This document shows, piece after piece, positions 38,557-51,683 of a stretch of 64,000 bases of DNA. Source of the DNA: Octopus sinensis (Eukaryota); the NCBI RefSeq assembly GCF_006345805.1, contig NC_043008.1, positions 20,770,001 through 20,834,000 on the forward strand, in the 5' to 3' direction. A model generated the notes under the pieces. That model was not told the origin of the DNA, did no database searches, and was given only the letters and a program-made list of their open reading frames with translations. Both the position numbers and the translations under genes were made by a program. How positions within the stretch are numbered: position 1 is the first letter of the stretch; every line of letters starts with the position of its first letter.

Positions 38557-39227
38557 ACTGCGTTATCTATCAACACCGCATGTATTTAACTACTAATTAT
38601 GTTAACACCTATGCATAATTATGTGTGTATATGTTGTCTACAAGTGAGACGACAGTGTAGATAATTCACTAAATCACTTGCTCCGTTGCGTCTACTTTGA
38701 TTTACTGACCAACACGTCATTCTACATTGCTTGAATTTGCCCAGTTTTCGGACATCTCTACCAAATATATTTATTGCATGTCACTCTGTGATAAATGACA
38801 TCATATCCAGGGAGTATTTTTCATTCACATCTAAAATAACTGTGCGACTCCACCATCCGTTAGCACTTTTCCTATGCAGACATTTCCCGCCATGATGTAA
38901 TTTTGTTATAAATTATACGTTTTTTATTTTATATTTTTAGACCTTTGCTCGCCATGGTCTAATTTTATTATAAATTATCCGTTTTTTTTTTGTTTTATTT
39001 TTTAACCATATGTTCTAGTTTACTATATATACTATGTGCTATATAGATTTATAGCATGGATATCTTGAGTGATTCCCGCGATACAGAACGAATACTATAT
39101 TCATTCTATGACGTAGGAGTCCTTGGCGATATACATGTTCAAACACTGTCATTTATCGCTTCTGTTTATTCAATTATTATTTTGTTTTTGTACAGATTAT
39201 ATTTCAGATTATATTATATACTGCAAT

Positions 39228-40020
39228 GTGGGAAGTTTGTAGCTTAGTGGTTAAGGTACTGGGCTCATGATCGAAAGAATGTCGTTTCGATTTCTGAACA
39301 GGGCGATGCGTTGCGTTCTTAAGTAAAACACTTCATTTTATTGGGTTGTCCGAAAAGTCCGTGCTGATTTTTAAAGGAAAGAAAAAGGTCAATAAATACT
39401 TGCCATTACATTTTTAATCAACCAAACATCAACCATTTTGTTGCAAAATGCGTCTCCATCTTTCCTTTAACTTGAAAATACCCTCTTCCCAAAAATGAGG
39501 TAGTTTCATGGCAAAGAATTCATCAAGGTATCTTTTTACGTCATCCAAGAATTGAAAATTTTTAGCATTAAGATAATTCTGCAGAGAACTGAATAAATGG
39601 AAAGCCGAAGGAGCAATATCTGGTGAATATGGAGTGTGGGATGACACATCTCAGCCGAGCTGCAGCAATTTTTGTCTGGCTCCCAAAGCATCAAGTGCCG
39701 AAAATGAACTTTCTTATCTTCCATTTTAAAGGGTTACAGTATTAACACAGGTTATACGAATATGAACCTTCTTCCACGAAAAGATAGCTTAAACTGTGAT
39801 GTAAATGGAGGTGTAGTCAAATCCTATTTTATGGATTCAATCATATTCTAAATTAAGTCGAAACGTAAGCTACTATAAATCGGCACGAACTTTCCGGACA
39901 ACCCAATACATTACTCCTGTACAGTCAGTGGGCAAAAGTGACTCATTCCTCAATCTACCTGCGTCCCGTCCATGGGTTGGGGGAAACCAGAACACCAGCC
40001 CTATGAGTCTATATGACTCG
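39228..40020 (+). mobile_element. Old tRNA/CORE-like SINE split by the mariner insertion
   Basis: Head 39228-39338; continues after 39908 (cattactcc...gccctatgagtc). Confidence 0.6.
39339..39908 (-). mobile_element. Mariner deletion derivative with intact TIRs
   Basis: TIRs ttgggttgtccgaaaagtccgtgctgattt / aaatcggcacgaactttccggacaacccaa with TA on both sides. N-terminus MEDKKVHFRHLMLWE is joined to the C-terminal PYSPDIAPSAFHLF...GIFKLKERW. Confidence 0.92.
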
Positions 40021-40061
40021 GGAATGGGCTTTATTCTTCTTTTTTTTTATAATTTATAAAG

Positions 40062-40450
40062 AAAGCTAACCAGAAGAGAATTAATGCATTCGAGCTTTGG
40101 TTTTGGAGAAGCTTTTGCGGATTCCATGCACATCGCGGCTCACCGATGGAGAAGTTCTTAAGCAGATAGGGCTGAAAATGTCGCTAGAAGCTAGGATCAC
40201 CAAGCATAGATTGGCATATTTCGGTCATATTATGCGGAGAAAATCCCCGGAGAAGGACATCATTCACGGAATGGTCAGTGGCAAGAGAGGAAGAGGCCGA
40301 CCAAGAACCCGCTGGCCTGACACCATCAAAAGTGATACCGGAATGGACATAGCCAATCTGAAAGAAGCGGCCCAGGATAGAACTGACTGGAGGACACTGA
40401 TCCAACGAGTGAGCGAGAGTCGACTTCGACTGAGCGGATAAAAGAAAGAA
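40062..40450 (+). mobile_element. RTE-clade (BovB-like) LINE 3' end
   Basis: INAFELW...KLLRIP...RLAYFGHIMRR...MVSGKRGRGRPRTRW-DTIKSD...AAQDRTDWR is the typical RTE RT C-terminus, ending at a stop and a short A-rich tail. Confidence 0.92.
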
Positions 40451-40622
40451 ATCTTCATGACTTGTTTTTCGCAAAAAAATATTTTACAGTGAGCAGCATT
40501 CTAATGATAGAGGTGACAGTGACCTGCACAATTGTTACGAGATCGTATCTCAGCTTCTATGAGTTCTGTCGGAAAACCATTAGAAAAGTCAAAGAAACAC
40601 CTCTTCTGCATATTCACTCTTT

Positions 40623-40849
40623 TCTTTTACTCGTTTAATTGCTTCAGTCATTTGACTGCGGCCATGCTGGAGCACCGCCTTTTAGTCGAAGAAATCAACC
40701 CCTCATCTTAGTCTTTGTAAGCCTAGTAGTTATTCCATCGGTTTCTTTTACCGAGGTGCTAGATTACAAGGACGTAAACACACCAACATCGGTTGTCAAG
40801 CGATGATGATGGGGGAACAAATACAGACACGCAATACACACACACACAC

Positions 40850-40940
<91 letters not shown>

Positions 40941-41103
40941 TACGACATACTTCTTTCAATTTCCGTCAACAATATCCTCTCACAAGACTTTGGTCAGCCA
41001 GAGGCTATAGTAAAAAACACCTGCCCAAGGTGCCACGCAGTGAGACTGAACCCTGAACCATGTGATTGGGAATCACACAACCACACAACTACTCCTGCGC
41101 CTA
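40623..41103 (-). mobile_element. SINE family A
   Basis: Full length with an internal (GATA)n tract. Confidence 0.88.
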
Positions 41104-41894
41104 AAATTCTAATAATGTACTTTGAACCACATTAATCTAAGTCTCCATAAAAAAAATGTCACCGTTGGGAGCTACTAGTAATCCCAAAGATATATTAAGA
41201 ATATAGCGTTAGGAGTCACCATAGTAGGCGAAGGGTTAAAAACTGCTGAATTACTTGCAAATAGACTTGGATATAAAACCAATTTTGATTCACTCATTAT
41301 TTCTAGATTTCACATTTCGTTTCATTTACCTGAATTTCGCATGAACTATCAACAAGCATTTATTTAACATAAGCTCTATGCATATTAATTGTATCGTAGA
41401 TAAGGTTCCACGCATTGTGCAATAGTTGCACGTTTTGTTTCATTTGTTATTTTTTTCAAACTTTCAATGTATGCAAACCGTATTTTGTAGAGAAATCGAT
41501 TTACGACAAAATAAAGATAAGACTGTCATGCGAAAGAAGATAACGATGGCAACTACTTCGAAATTACCAGCTTCTATGCTCGGTATGTAGATTCGCATTT
41601 ATAACAGTGATAACTAGTACACTCGGATTTGTCAGCGAATGCCAAAGTGCAAAGAGAAAAGCAGAAATCAACCAGTTAAAACGCATATTACAGACACACT
41701 CTATCAGCGGAACAGTAACGATATGCAAAAATTTACTATTGTTTTTATTATCTACGTTGTATTTTTGTTAAGTACCGGAATTTTCCTTACGGGAAAACTT
41801 GAAATAATTAAAACAAAGAAAACACACAATACGAAGAAATCATACAAAGTAAACATACAATACAAAGGAATCATACAAAGAAATGATACATTTA

Positions 41895-42090
41895 TAGGTG
41901 TAGGAGTGGTTGTGTGGTAAGTAGCTAGTTTACCAACCACATGGTTCTGGGTTCAGTCCCACTGCATGGCACCTTGGGCAAGTGTGTCTTCTACTATAGC
42001 CTTGGGTCGACCAAAGGTTTGTGAATGGATTTGGTAGACAGAAACTGAAAGAAGCCCATCCTATATATGTATATATATATATGTTATATG

Positions 42091-42151
<61 letters not shown>

Positions 42152-42372
42152 TTATATATATATGTATGTATGTATGTGTGTGTTTGTCTCACCAACATCG
42201 CTTGGCAACCGATGATGGTGTGTTTACGTCCCCGTAACCTAGCTGTCTGGAAAAAGAGACCGATAGAATAAGTACTAGGCTTACAAAGAATAAGTCCTGG
42301 GGTCGATTTGCTCGACTAAAGGTGGTGCTTCAGCATGACCACAGTCACATGACTGAAACAAGTAAAAGAGTA
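41895..42372 (+). mobile_element. SINE family A
   Basis: Full length; inverted relative to the copy at 40623-41103. Confidence 0.9.
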
Positions 42373-42933
42373 TACATACATACATACATACATACATACA
42401 TACATACACACATACATACATACATACATACATACATACATACATACATACATACATTCATACATACATATATACATACGTTGAACCTCTTCGATTAACA
42501 TGCAAGTTTAGCATCGCTGTAGGGAGAAAGAATAGTGGTAACATCAAGGTTATCGCCCAGTGAATAGAAAAATTATTGCCCTGACTAAATTCTGGTTGTT
42601 TTTGGCATTCTTGAAAGTAAGAATGACCATATTCTAACCCTGTAGTTATTCGTAGCATATTTAGAGTGTAGAACTTGAACACGGTTAAATTGCCCTTTCC
42701 CTCAAAAGGGGTTGGGCCGAATCGAGCCTATAGAAAATATGTTTACTGATATAATTTCAAGTTATTTTATGTACTTGATAACGTTATTCATGCGTAGTTG
42801 TAACACAGTGTTTTTCGGCTTAGGCCATAGATTTTATAAGAAGGATGCCGTAAGAGAAAGACCATGAATATTTCACTAATCGAGCGAGACAGAAATCGAG
42901 CGAGACATCGGTTGTCAAGCGAGACAGAAATCG

Positions 42934-42989
<56 letters not shown>

Positions 42990-43063
42990 GGAGGGTGGGG
43001 AGAGAAAGAGAGCATGTGAGGTTCCAGCTGGCAGAAATCTTGATTTTATTCTTATTGCCATAA

Positions 43064-43480
43064 AAGGCGGCGAGCTGGCAGAAACGTTAGCACGCCGGAT
43101 GAAATGGTTAGCGGTATTTCGTCTGTCGTTACGTTGTGAGTCCAAATTCCGCCGAGGTCGACTTTGCCTTTCATCCTTTCGAGGTAGCTAAATAAATTAC
43201 CAGTTTCGCACTGGGGTCGATGTAATCGACTTAATCCTTTTGTCCTTGTTTATCCCCTCTATGTTTGGCCCCTTGTGGGTAATTAAGAAATAGGTATTTC
43301 GTCTGCCGTTACGTTCTGAGTTCAGATTCCGCTGAGGTCGACTTTACCTTTCCTCCTTTCGGGGTCGATAAATAAATTACCAATTTCTAACTGGCGTCGA
43401 TATAATCGACTTAATCGACTTGTCTGTCCTTGTTTGACCCCTCTATGTTTAGCACATTGTGAGTAGTAAAGAAATTTATA
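43064..43480 (+). mobile_element. Family B SINE dimer with 13-bp TSD
   Basis: cttattgccataa at 43051-43063 and 43481-43493 flanks both units; junction aagaaatag|gtatttcgtctg. Confidence 0.9.
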
Positions 43481-44169
43481 CTTATTGCCATAATAACAAC
43501 TTTGCTTTTAAGCAGCAATATTTGGATGGTATGTGTTAGTCGACTTAATCGACTTAATCGACTTAATCGACTTAATCGACTTGTCTGTCCTTGTTTGACC
43601 CCTCTATGTTTAGCACATTGTGAGTAGTAAAGAAATTTATACTAATTGCCATAATAACAACTTTGCTTTTAAGCAGCAATATTTGGATGGTATGTGTTAG
43701 TGAAGGTCAACACTAATATTTACCAGAGGATCAACTTTTGAGAGAGTGTTCAATTTTCATAAGCGTTACCAGTTGGCGTAGCAATTTCAGTATAGGTTAC
43801 ATAGGCATGGAAATGACATCAGAGAAGAACGGCGCCTCACTCCATGCACTCCTTTACTTTTAAAGGATTGCAGACTTGTGAACTTTGATTGACCAGCTTT
43901 GTTTACATATGGATCGATCGGGCTGTCGTCCTGGTCTATCTCAAAGGTTGTGGCGCAGACCTCTACTATCAAGAAAAGGCGAGTACTTTTCCATTGTCTT
44001 TAATAGCAACAGAACAAGTAGTAAAAGTAGCAGCAGCAGCGGCAGCAGTAGTTGTAGTTGTAGTAGTAGTAAAGTCGATAAGTAATAATATTAGTTAGTG
44101 TTTTAATTCCATTATAAAAATCCATATTTTTTATAAGAACAGCGTTTATAACTTACTGTATTCGTTGAA

Positions 44170-44400
44170 GTAGAAACGTAGAAACACACACATAGACACA
44201 CATACACGCATAGACATATATACACGCATAGATACACATACACATTCAAACACATAGACACACATACACGCATAGACATATATACACGCATAGATACACA
44301 TACACATTCAAACACATAGACACACATACACGCATAGACACACATACACATTCAAACACATAGACACACATGCACGCACATACGCACACACATGCAATTA
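44170..44400. repeat. Compound (CA)-derived minisatellite
   Basis: Repeating acacacatacacgcatagacatatatacacgcatagatacacatacacattcaaacacatag blocks. Confidence 0.85.
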
Positions 44401-44612
44401 CATAACAGGAACGCCAGCTCGCTTATGGACTTCGCAGATTCTAAACTACGCTGAATGCACAAAAATACATTCATATTTTAAAGAGCATGACCAAATGCGT
44501 ATGTGGATATTTATACATGTATATAATATGAGTAGAAGGTGTATCTACCTATAGATATATACACACATATACATATATATATATATGACCGCAGTCAAAT
44601 GTATATATGTAT

Positions 44613-44887
44613 ATCACGTGATCACGTGACCGACCAGACCATCAGATGTTGTTACACACCGCTGGTCACAATGCGTTCGCATTGTTTGAGCCTTCGAATG
44701 ACGCCACCCCGCTGGCTAAGCGAGCAGGCCAACAGAAGAAAGAGTGGTGAAAGAGTACAGCAGGGAACACCACCCCTTGTCGGAGCCTCGTAGAGCTTTT
44801 AGGTGTTTTCGCTCAATAAACACACACAACCTCCGGTCTGGGAATCGAAACCGCGATCCTGGGAATCGAACCGCCATTGCGCCTCCA
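44613..44887 (-). mobile_element. SINE family C, tail type 3, head partly deleted
   Basis: Matches 62561-62870; tail ends in (cacgtgat)n. Confidence 0.85.
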
Positions 44888-45119
44888 CATATATGTATAT
44901 ATACATACATATATATAATATATACTTCATAAGGATTATCACGAAGCAGAATTAGCATAACCTTCAATTCCTCCCACACACCACACTACGCTACACCATA
45001 CGACATTACACATCACATCATATATACATACACAGGTCCAAACCACCAGCCCTCTTCCACATGCACATACATACTCTCTTATACACACACGCACCTTCAG
45101 GTTGGAGCGAGGTCACTTG

Positions 45120-45440
45120 ACCCTGTTATCTCCCCTACTATCCCTGTAGCGTCTAACGTCTGACCTCTAACGTTTGAGCTCCGATCTCTGACTTCTGAAA
45201 TCAGAACGCCATGTTGAATCGTTAGCCCCTACACGCATTTTTTTCTCTCCTTGCTTCTTTTCTGTGTATCTTTCTGTCGAAGAGCGTAGGCTCGAAACGT
45301 AAAAGCCTTTTTTCTATTTCTATTCCTGAGCGCCCTACTAATACATTATTTGTCTGAACTCCACCTGCCTTCATCTTTTGTTATTTTCGTAAACCTGCCC
45401 TTCGTCTTGTTTATTTTCGTAAACCTTCCGTTATATATAT
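45120..45440 (+). mobile_element. PLE-type pseudo-LTR fragment with mini-hammerhead-like fold at 45270-45305
   Basis: cttt-CTGTCGAA-gagc(gtag)gctc-GAAA-cg-TA-aaag: stems I and II are perfect, stem III is the palindrome ACGT, and the core is atypical (8 nt). Confidence 0.45.
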
Positions 45441-45589
45441 ATATACACATATATATATGTATATGTTATAAAGCTTCAAAGAGACCTACAAATGTTTCTA
45501 CTGCATCGATTAGTAACCTCTGCAATTGTTAACTCACTATAGTACTGGTGCAGTTTCTTCAACAAAACATTTAAGATACAGTTTGCTTA

Positions 45590-45975
45590 CATCACTTTGG
45601 TCGGCCCGAGGATATAGTAGAAGATACTTACCCAAGGTGCCTCGCATATATATATATGCACACACATATGTATGTAAGGTATGCCAGCTCAGCAAATCAA
45701 ACGGTAGCTTGAAAAATAAATGTTAAGGTCCACAAAGATCAGAACTTAATTGCAATCTACGTGGCTGTCTTTGCAAAACATTGTCTTGTTTAAAAAGCCA
45801 CATCTGATGGCATGATGGTTCAAAGGTGTAGGTATAGGGGCTGGTCAAACTTCCCAACCACAAGCTTCCAGGTAAAGTCCCACTGCCTTGCGCATGCGTT
45901 TTCTGCTATAGCCTCGAGCCAACCAAAGCCTTGTCGGTGGATTTGGTAGACTGAAACTGAAAGAAACTCGTCGTG
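45590..45975. mobile_element. Two family A head fragments in opposite orientation
   Basis: Minus fragment about 45590-45645; plus fragment about 45830-45975. Confidence 0.65.
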
Positions 45976-46030
<55 letters not shown>

Positions 46031-46143
46031 TATTATATGTATATATGTATATATGTATATATATATATATAATAAATTAATTTTACTCTGCTATGTATTG
46101 AGTACCTTATTTACTGTGGTTAACCCCGAATCAACCCGGGACC

Positions 46144-46200
<57 letters not shown>

Positions 46201-46262
46201 TTATACATATATATATGTATATGTATATAATAATATATATATAATATATATATATATATAAA

Positions 46263-46773
46263 AGGGTAAAGACCCCCTTCGGTCATGAATGACCATGGAT
46301 TGCACCTAGAAAGTTACCCTCCTAGACACAAGTCCGGGCAATGTTGTTTATGGAAGACCAGCAGTCGCCCATGCATACCAGCCTCCCCTCTCCACGCCAC
46401 CAGTGTTATCCAAGGGAAAGACAAAGGTCGATACAGCTTGGCACTGTGGACGTCGCAACTCATTTCTGCAGCATACATATATATATGATATATGTATGTA
46501 TATCTATCAGTATATATGATATATATATATATATATACACATATATACTGATAGAAAGATATACATACATATATACATATATATATATGTATATATGTAT
46601 ATATGTATATATATATATATAATAAATTAATTTTACTCTGCTATGTATTGAGTACCTATTTACTGTGGTTAACCCCGAATCAACCCGGGACCTACATATA
46701 TTATATATATATATATATTATATATATATATTATATATATTATATATATATATACATATATATTATGTATATG

Positions 46774-46818
<45 letters not shown>

Positions 46819-47030
46819 GGGTAAAGACCCCCTTCGGTCATGAATGACCATGGGATTGCACCTAGAAAGTTACCCTCCTAGACACAAGTCCGGGCAATGT
46901 TGTTTATGGAAGACCAGCAGTCGCCCATGCATACCAGCCTCCCCTCTCCACGCCACCAGTGTTATCCAAGGGAAAGACAAAGGTCGATACAGCTTGGCAC
47001 CTGTGACGTCGCAACTCATTTCTGCAGCAT
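46263..47030 (+). repeat. Two copies (46263-46470 and 46815-47030) of an interspersed repeat fragment, possibly RTE/Ceph-domain related
   Basis: ggtaaagacccccttcggtcatgaatgaccat...catttctgcagc is duplicated as part of a 550-bp tandem duplication. The family assignment is from recall only. Confidence 0.5.
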
Positions 47031-47150
47031 ACATATATATATGTATATATGTATGTATATCTATCAGTATATATGTATATATATATATATATATACACAT
47101 ATATACTGATAGAAAGATATACATACATATATACATATATATATATGTTT

Positions 47151-47192
<42 letters not shown>

Positions 47193-47805
47193 TATATATA
47201 TATATAGTATTAGCATATACTATATACACAGATATAAAGACAAGGGGAGATAAAGACAGACAGCAAGTAAGATGGAAATAGCGAAAGAATGAGGCATCTT
47301 AGGAAGAGAAATGCAAATGTTTATCGATGATTGCATATCGTGATTTTCCAGACTTCAACTCGTGTGCGTGTGCATATATATATATGCATGTGTACATATA
47401 TGCTTGTATGTTTGTTTGAACGTGTGTATCTATATGTCATTGGATGCGCAAGTAGTTTGAGAAAGAAAGAAAACATAAAATTACTTACTTAAAAATATAT
47501 TTTCTCTTCTCTCAATATATATGCATAAGCATAGAATAGAAGTTGATATGCAAATCGAAATAAAATCGCTTACGCAATACATACATACATATTAATAGTT
47601 CTACGATTTGCAAGTTTGCATCGCAGTCATCAAGCAGAGCAAACTTAGTCGGTACTTCACTAATGGACTTTTGCAGAACAAAAATCAATATCACGTGATA
47701 AATTTTTCCATTACTGAATTCTTAGAGTTAATTTCATATTTATAAAACCGTGTGCTTGCGATCATATGTATCTATGCGTATGTGTATGTGTGCACATACT
47801 TACAC

Positions 47806-47844
<39 letters not shown>

Positions 47845-48248
47845 ACTATAATTTAATAAATATTGAAGATAAAAGTGAACTACTTCAAGTTTCATGGTCG
47901 GATAATGTGGTAATTGGACTGGCAATTATAGCGCATCATGCACAACCCGGCCTGTGCTTAAAATCAAGGTCATGGTTTCTTCGTCAAAAAGGCGAGAATA
48001 ATTGATGAAAAAAGTGAAGGAAAAGTTGATAAATATTTTAATCAAAGACGAATAAAGTCTGTTCCTTTAACTTGCTGTATTAAGAATATTCCTGAGACTT
48101 TACATCTGAAAATTATACCCACTGGGAGATGGGTAAATGAATTGCGAAAGACTAAAGTGTGTAAGTGTGTGTAATTTGGTGATGGGTGCACTGTCTTCAA
48201 TTTCGATAACAGAAACTTGTCAAGATGCACACATCTTATAACGATTTC

Positions 48249-48294
<46 letters not shown>

Positions 48295-48529
48295 GCATGC
48301 ACACACACACCGAAACCTATTTGATTGTGTGATGGGTGTGACGGTGCGAGTGAGTATGTGTATATGTGTATATAAAGCAAAAGTTGCAGATAAATAGGTG
48401 AGAGAAAGAGAGTAATGCAAACGTATTTTATAGAGTAACACAACACTGTAACCATCTATGAGGCTATGATTCAAAGGAAATTTGCGTGAGGTATCTGATG
48501 TATATAGCTGACAAGCTAACACTCGGGCC

Positions 48530-48681
48530 TCTCATTTGAGGGCAAGTGTCTTCTGCTATAGCCCCGGGCCGACCAATGCCTTGTGAGTGGATTTGGTAGA
48601 CGGAAACTGAAAGAAGCCTGTCGTATATCTGTATATATATAAGATATATTATATATATATATATTATATAATATATATATA

Positions 48682-48738
<57 letters not shown>

Positions 48739-48955
48739 GTGTGTGTGTGTGTATATGTGTTTGTGTGTCTGTGTTTGTCCCCCTAGCATTGCTTGACACC
48801 GATGCTGGTGTGTTTACGTCCCCCCCTTTAGCGGTTCGGCAAAAGAGACCGATAAATAAGTACTGGGCTACAAAGAATAAGTCCCGGGGTCGATTTGCTC
48901 GACTAAGGCGCTGCTCCAGCATGGCCGCAGTCAAATGACTGAAACATAAAAGAGT
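48530..48955 (+). mobile_element. SINE family A, 5'-truncated
   Basis: Starts within the CORE-like block; tail intact. Confidence 0.88.
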
Positions 48956-48966
48956 ATATATATATA

Positions 48967-49018
<52 letters not shown>

Positions 49019-49044
49019 ATATATGTATGTATATATATATATTG

Positions 49045-49597
49045 CTGTAGTTACAGCTCTTAGCTGTAGCCATGCTGATACACCACCGTTTTGCTACACT
49101 GTTATTACTGAGAGTCTCCTCCATTATATGCACTTGGTGAAGAATGGAGTTTGATATAGCTATCCTCATTTACACCTCTTGCCGTGTGGTAGATTCATCT
49201 GGGACTCTCGACAGGAAGAGGTACAGCTTTGATTCAAAAACGCCTATATCTATTTTTGCAGATTCCTCAAGCCCTTTGAGAGAATATTAAAAAGCTGAGG
49301 GAGGGCCACTGAAACCCAGGCTGTTGCAGTAAATGCTCATGAAGTGCAATGGCGTTGTTATGATCTTTGGCACTAGGCAGTGTCGCCCCGTTCTGGCATT
49401 GGTGTAGCTATCAATGCCAAAATTTGGCACAGTTCCTTCCACGATCTTCCAGATATATATTACTGCATACCTCTCCCGTCTTCTCTCCAGGGAGTAGAGT
49501 TTTAGCTGTTTCAGCCTTTCCCAGTAGCTGAGCAGTTGCAAAGAGACGATCTTCTTTGTGAATCTTCTCTGGTTGGCTTCAAGGTCTGGCTGTTAAT
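49045..49597 (-). mobile_element. CR1/L2-group LINE 3' end
   Basis: DLEANQRRFTKKI...SYWERLKQLKLYSLERRRERY-VIYIWKI, followed by a 3' UTR ending in the hairpin cagct-aag-agctg. Confidence 0.88.
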
Positions 49598-49610
49598 TTC
49601 ATACACACAT

Positions 49611-49648
<38 letters not shown>

Positions 49649-49659
49649 ATATACAGGAC

Positions 49660-49710
<51 letters not shown>

Positions 49711-50277
49711 ATAGATACTGACTCTAAGAATAGAGACCTCAGATGAGAAAAAAATACAGCAGCGACAAAACAAAACCAGTAACAAGCACCCAGCGAATTC
49801 AGAATTATAAGAAAATTTTGTAACCCATTTTCTTATGCCACTGTAACTAAAACTATTTATGAGAAGAGCTGCATTGTAATCTGTATAAAATAAAATAAAA
49901 TTGTTGAAAAACGCATATATCATCCCGCAATAACATGTAGCTTATAAGATTTGGCATAACGTCTTATAACATGCGGAATAAGAAAAATTACAATTAAAAA
50001 AATAAACTATGCTACTTGAAGCAATTTTAAAAATTACTTCTTTTAATTGTCTCCCTTTTCCCACCCACTCTATCGTAATTCTAGCAATGTCAAGCAATGA
50101 CAAGCAAAGTCGTTTCTTCATCGTCATTGGTCGCTGTCAGTATTAAATATTAAGTATACACATTTTTAGATGTAATTATTTTTAATTGTAACATTATCAA
50201 TAAAAATCGAATTATATTATGTATTTATATATTTCTATACGTAAGAATACGCGCAAAGTTTCTACATAGGGACACAA

Positions 50278-50384
50278 ACATATATATTTATATATATATA
50301 TATATTATATATATATATATATATATAATAAATATATATATATACATATATATATATATACATATATATGTATATATTTATATA

Positions 50385-50415
<31 letters not shown>

Positions 50416-50466
50416 AATATATATATATATACATATATATATATACATATATATGTATATATTTAT

Positions 50467-50497
<31 letters not shown>

Positions 50498-50597
50498 AAT
50501 ATATATATATATACATATATATGTATATATATACATATATATACATATATATATAAATATATATATATATACATATATATATACATATATATGTATA

Positions 50598-50643
<46 letters not shown>

Positions 50644-50697
50644 GTGTGTGTGTGTGTATGTACATATTCATACTATGTACATATATATGTATATATG

Positions 50698-50728
<31 letters not shown>

Positions 50729-50735
50729 ATGCATA
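50278..50735. repeat. Long interrupted (TA)n array
   Basis: Direct reading. Similar arrays occur at 11165-11290, 20755-21255, 24545-25050, 34550-34832 and 37310-37930. Confidence 0.97.
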
Positions 50736-51603
50736 AAATGCTTATGCACATATGCGTGCGCGCGTGTGTATTCCTGCAGTATGCAGTATTTAGTCAAATG
50801 TTGCATTACAAAAATAGAAACTGAGGCAAATGCATACGCAAACATGCACAATCGCACACTTATGCATACATGTATATTTAAGGAGAATTCTAAAATTATC
50901 TAAAATGGCATGACAAATTTGAATCAATTAATTGTAAATAATTATTTTTATCCTTATAGCAAAAAGTATAATTATTGCTGAAATTATACAACGCTTTAAG
51001 TTTTGTTGAAAATCACGATCCTAAAATTTATAGGTGTATTTTTTTCGCAGTTTTATTTTATTTTATTGTATTTTTAGGGACAATAAACTCTTACATCGAG
51101 TTCAACGAACGTTAATGAATTTGCATCTTATTTATTGATTTGCATAATATTTCCATACGTAAAAAGTAGCGATGAATACTAAGAATAAATGACGGCGCTA
51201 TTTAACAAAAGTTTCCCGTATCAAACATTGCAATGATGAAAACTAGTAGTTATCCTGTGTTGGCAGGTTCAAAGTTATGAGTGGTTTGGGGTTTCATACT
51301 GCAGGCTTTTCGAAAGTATCACTTCGGATTTGCCGTATGTTGAAACCTGGATGCTCGATTCGATATTCCTCGTTTTGACCTGAATTCGAAAATAATAATC
51401 AAATAGCAGTTAACCTTCTTTCCTCCAATTTTAATATATACAGGGAGTTCACATAACATTTATGTAACCCCAAAGATGACCATTAGTTATCTTTATCTAA
51501 TTAATCTACTGCTCTATATATATGTGTGTGTGTTTATATAATATGGGTGATTAATTAGCAAATGAAATGATGCATTACATACAACAATTTCCAAGTCACT
51601 CAC

Positions 51604-51683
51604 TGTCTCTGCTTCTGAGATTGCAGTACCTCCTAGTCCTGTATATACAGGATCCTGTACCTGTGTGAGCTGATAGTGCAGTG
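51604..51683 (-). CDS. Candidate internal exon, product unknown
   Basis: Acceptor aaaattttaag, donor ACA|gtgagt, open frame LHYQLTQVQDPVYTGLGGTAISEAET, in a locally GC-richer island. No homology recognised. Confidence 0.25.

Noticed and set aside
41630-41708. Apparent plus-strand exon ECQSAKRKAEINQLKRILQTHSISGT
   Set aside because: Weak splice sites, no homology; within chance expectation.
43790-44000. Possible mariner N-terminal remnant (DRPGRQP)
   Set aside because: A single weak motif with no TIRs.
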